Of a DNA stretch of 64,000 nt, positions 62,583 to 64,000 are shown piece after piece. The notes beneath the pieces were generated by a model. The model worked only from the letters and a program-made list of their open reading frames with translations, ran no database searches and was not told the DNA's origin. The translations under genes and the position numbers were made by a program. Source of the stretch: Felis catus (lineage: Eukaryota); the NCBI RefSeq assembly GCF_018350175.1, contig NC_058369.1:12712001-12776000 (forward strand), in the 5' to 3' direction. How positions within the stretch are numbered: the first letter of the stretch is position 1; each line of letters begins with the position of its first letter.

Positions 62583-64000
62583 TGGGTAAGGGACAAATTT
62601 CGTCTTTATTTAGTGAAGCAATTTTGGACGAACAATCACACCGGTAGAGTTCATCTTGTTGAGTCTCACTCATTTAAAGAAGCGTTTTAAGGGAGGTGGC
62701 CAAGTTGGCCACATCAAGTTTGGAAGCATCCCATTAGGAATCTTCCAGATCTCGCACACGTCCTTACGTTTGGGGTGACAGTAGACAGACAAGGACCCGG
62801 CTCGGGAAGAGCGGATCTCGTGGGACTTTACCAGGGGTGTATTTAGAACCAGGCCTGGGAGACTGTGTGTGCCCACCTGGGGGCTGGCGAAGATTTGTGA
62901 TCGGGGACGCACGGAGGTCTCTGGCCTCAGTGTTGGCTACGGTCACAGGAGGGGGATCTAAGAGCGACTCTGTTAATGAGCCAAAATGACTTTGGGACCA
63001 GCCGCTGCCATAGCTGATTTGACAAAAGTTTCCGGAAGATCTGAAAATCGTTCAGCAAAAAGGGTTAACGAGGCAGGTGCAGAGCTGGCTTTCAGGGTTA
63101 CCGTGAGAGCAGAACGGCCCTCGCCTCTTTCCCCCGAGTGCACATGTCAGGAGTCATGCCCGCGGAGAGGCGCCCAGCACCCGGCGAGCTTGTGACCCGG
63201 TCAGGGCTTGTTGGCGGAGGAAGAGGGACACACGAGAGCTCCCCCAGCAAGCCCTGGCAAAGGTCGTCTCCCTCGGAGGCCGATGCCACCGCATCTTTGC
63301 AAGTGTAGTCAGAGCAGTGCGTCAGCGGCAGGCCCGCTGGGGCTTTGCCCCGGTCCTCCTGCTCGTCTCTCTGAGCATCTCCATCCCGTCCTAGGATGGG
63401 TGGAACAGAGGGAGTGGAGGGGTGACATTTGAGATGTCGCTTCTCAGGTTTCTGGGATGCACCCGGGGCTTTCATTTCCTGGCGAGCAGGGTCTCCGGCC
63501 ACTGCTTGGGAAGATCCCTGGGATCCTCACCTATGCGTGGAGATGCTATTTATCAGGAGCTAGTGGGAGAACAGGTGGCACAAAAAAAGTGCAAGAGGCG
63601 AGCCCAGCCCGTAAGCCCTTGGGAAGCCCGTGTCTCCCCTAGGTGGTCCCCGAGGAGTCTGCCTGCTGGCTTAGCAGAGAGCCAAGATGAAGGCACGGAA
63701 GCTAAGGGATGGGGTGTCGGGTAGAGAAAGGAGCCTGAACTGGCTGGGGCAGGTGTCCGTAGGTCCCCGCAGCTGGCGTGGTCCCCCGACAAGGCCGGCT
63801 CGCTCTTGCTCCCTCGTTCTGAATATTGTGCAGTAGGTGAACTTGGGCTTGGAATCTTGCTGATGTCTGCTGTGCCTGGGAGGCCCTGGGGACGCCCCAA
63901 AGTGTGTGAACTTTGCTCTTATTTAAAGCACGGTTTCTCAGCCTCGGTATTGGGGACACCTGAGCTGGGTCCTTCTCTGCGGTGGGGACTGTCCCGTGCG

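Overview
Mammalian genomic DNA, almost certainly felid: it is dense in carnivore tRNA-derived Can-SINEs, including the young SINEC_Fc-type subfamily. The gene order matches human 19p13.11. From left to right it contains the first coding exon and CpG-island promoter of CPAMD8 (minus strand, continuing off the left edge), a ~36 kb repeat-rich interval, the complete 11-exon HAUS8 gene (minus strand, 375 aa), a short bidirectional CpG-island promoter, and the non-coding first exon and start of intron 1 of MYO9B (plus strand, by synteny). The interval holds a frameshifted FAU retrocopy whose poly(A) is now a (CA)n repeat, an ancient ERV-L-class pol relic, and nested L1/LTR/DNA-transposon/SINE insertions. 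The most interesting observation is a chain of ~13 phase-compatible exon-like segments on the minus strand (~18.5 kb to ~7.6 kb). They read as a decayed, unrecognised multi-exon gene whose 3' half resembles the carboxymuconolactone decarboxylase/AhpD-like fold; this is an inference that needs a profile search. A 30-nt 5' fragment of U6 snRNA sits in a SINE tail in HAUS8 intron 4. Gene identities come from recalled human protein sequences and synteny, not from a database search; repeat boundaries are approximate.
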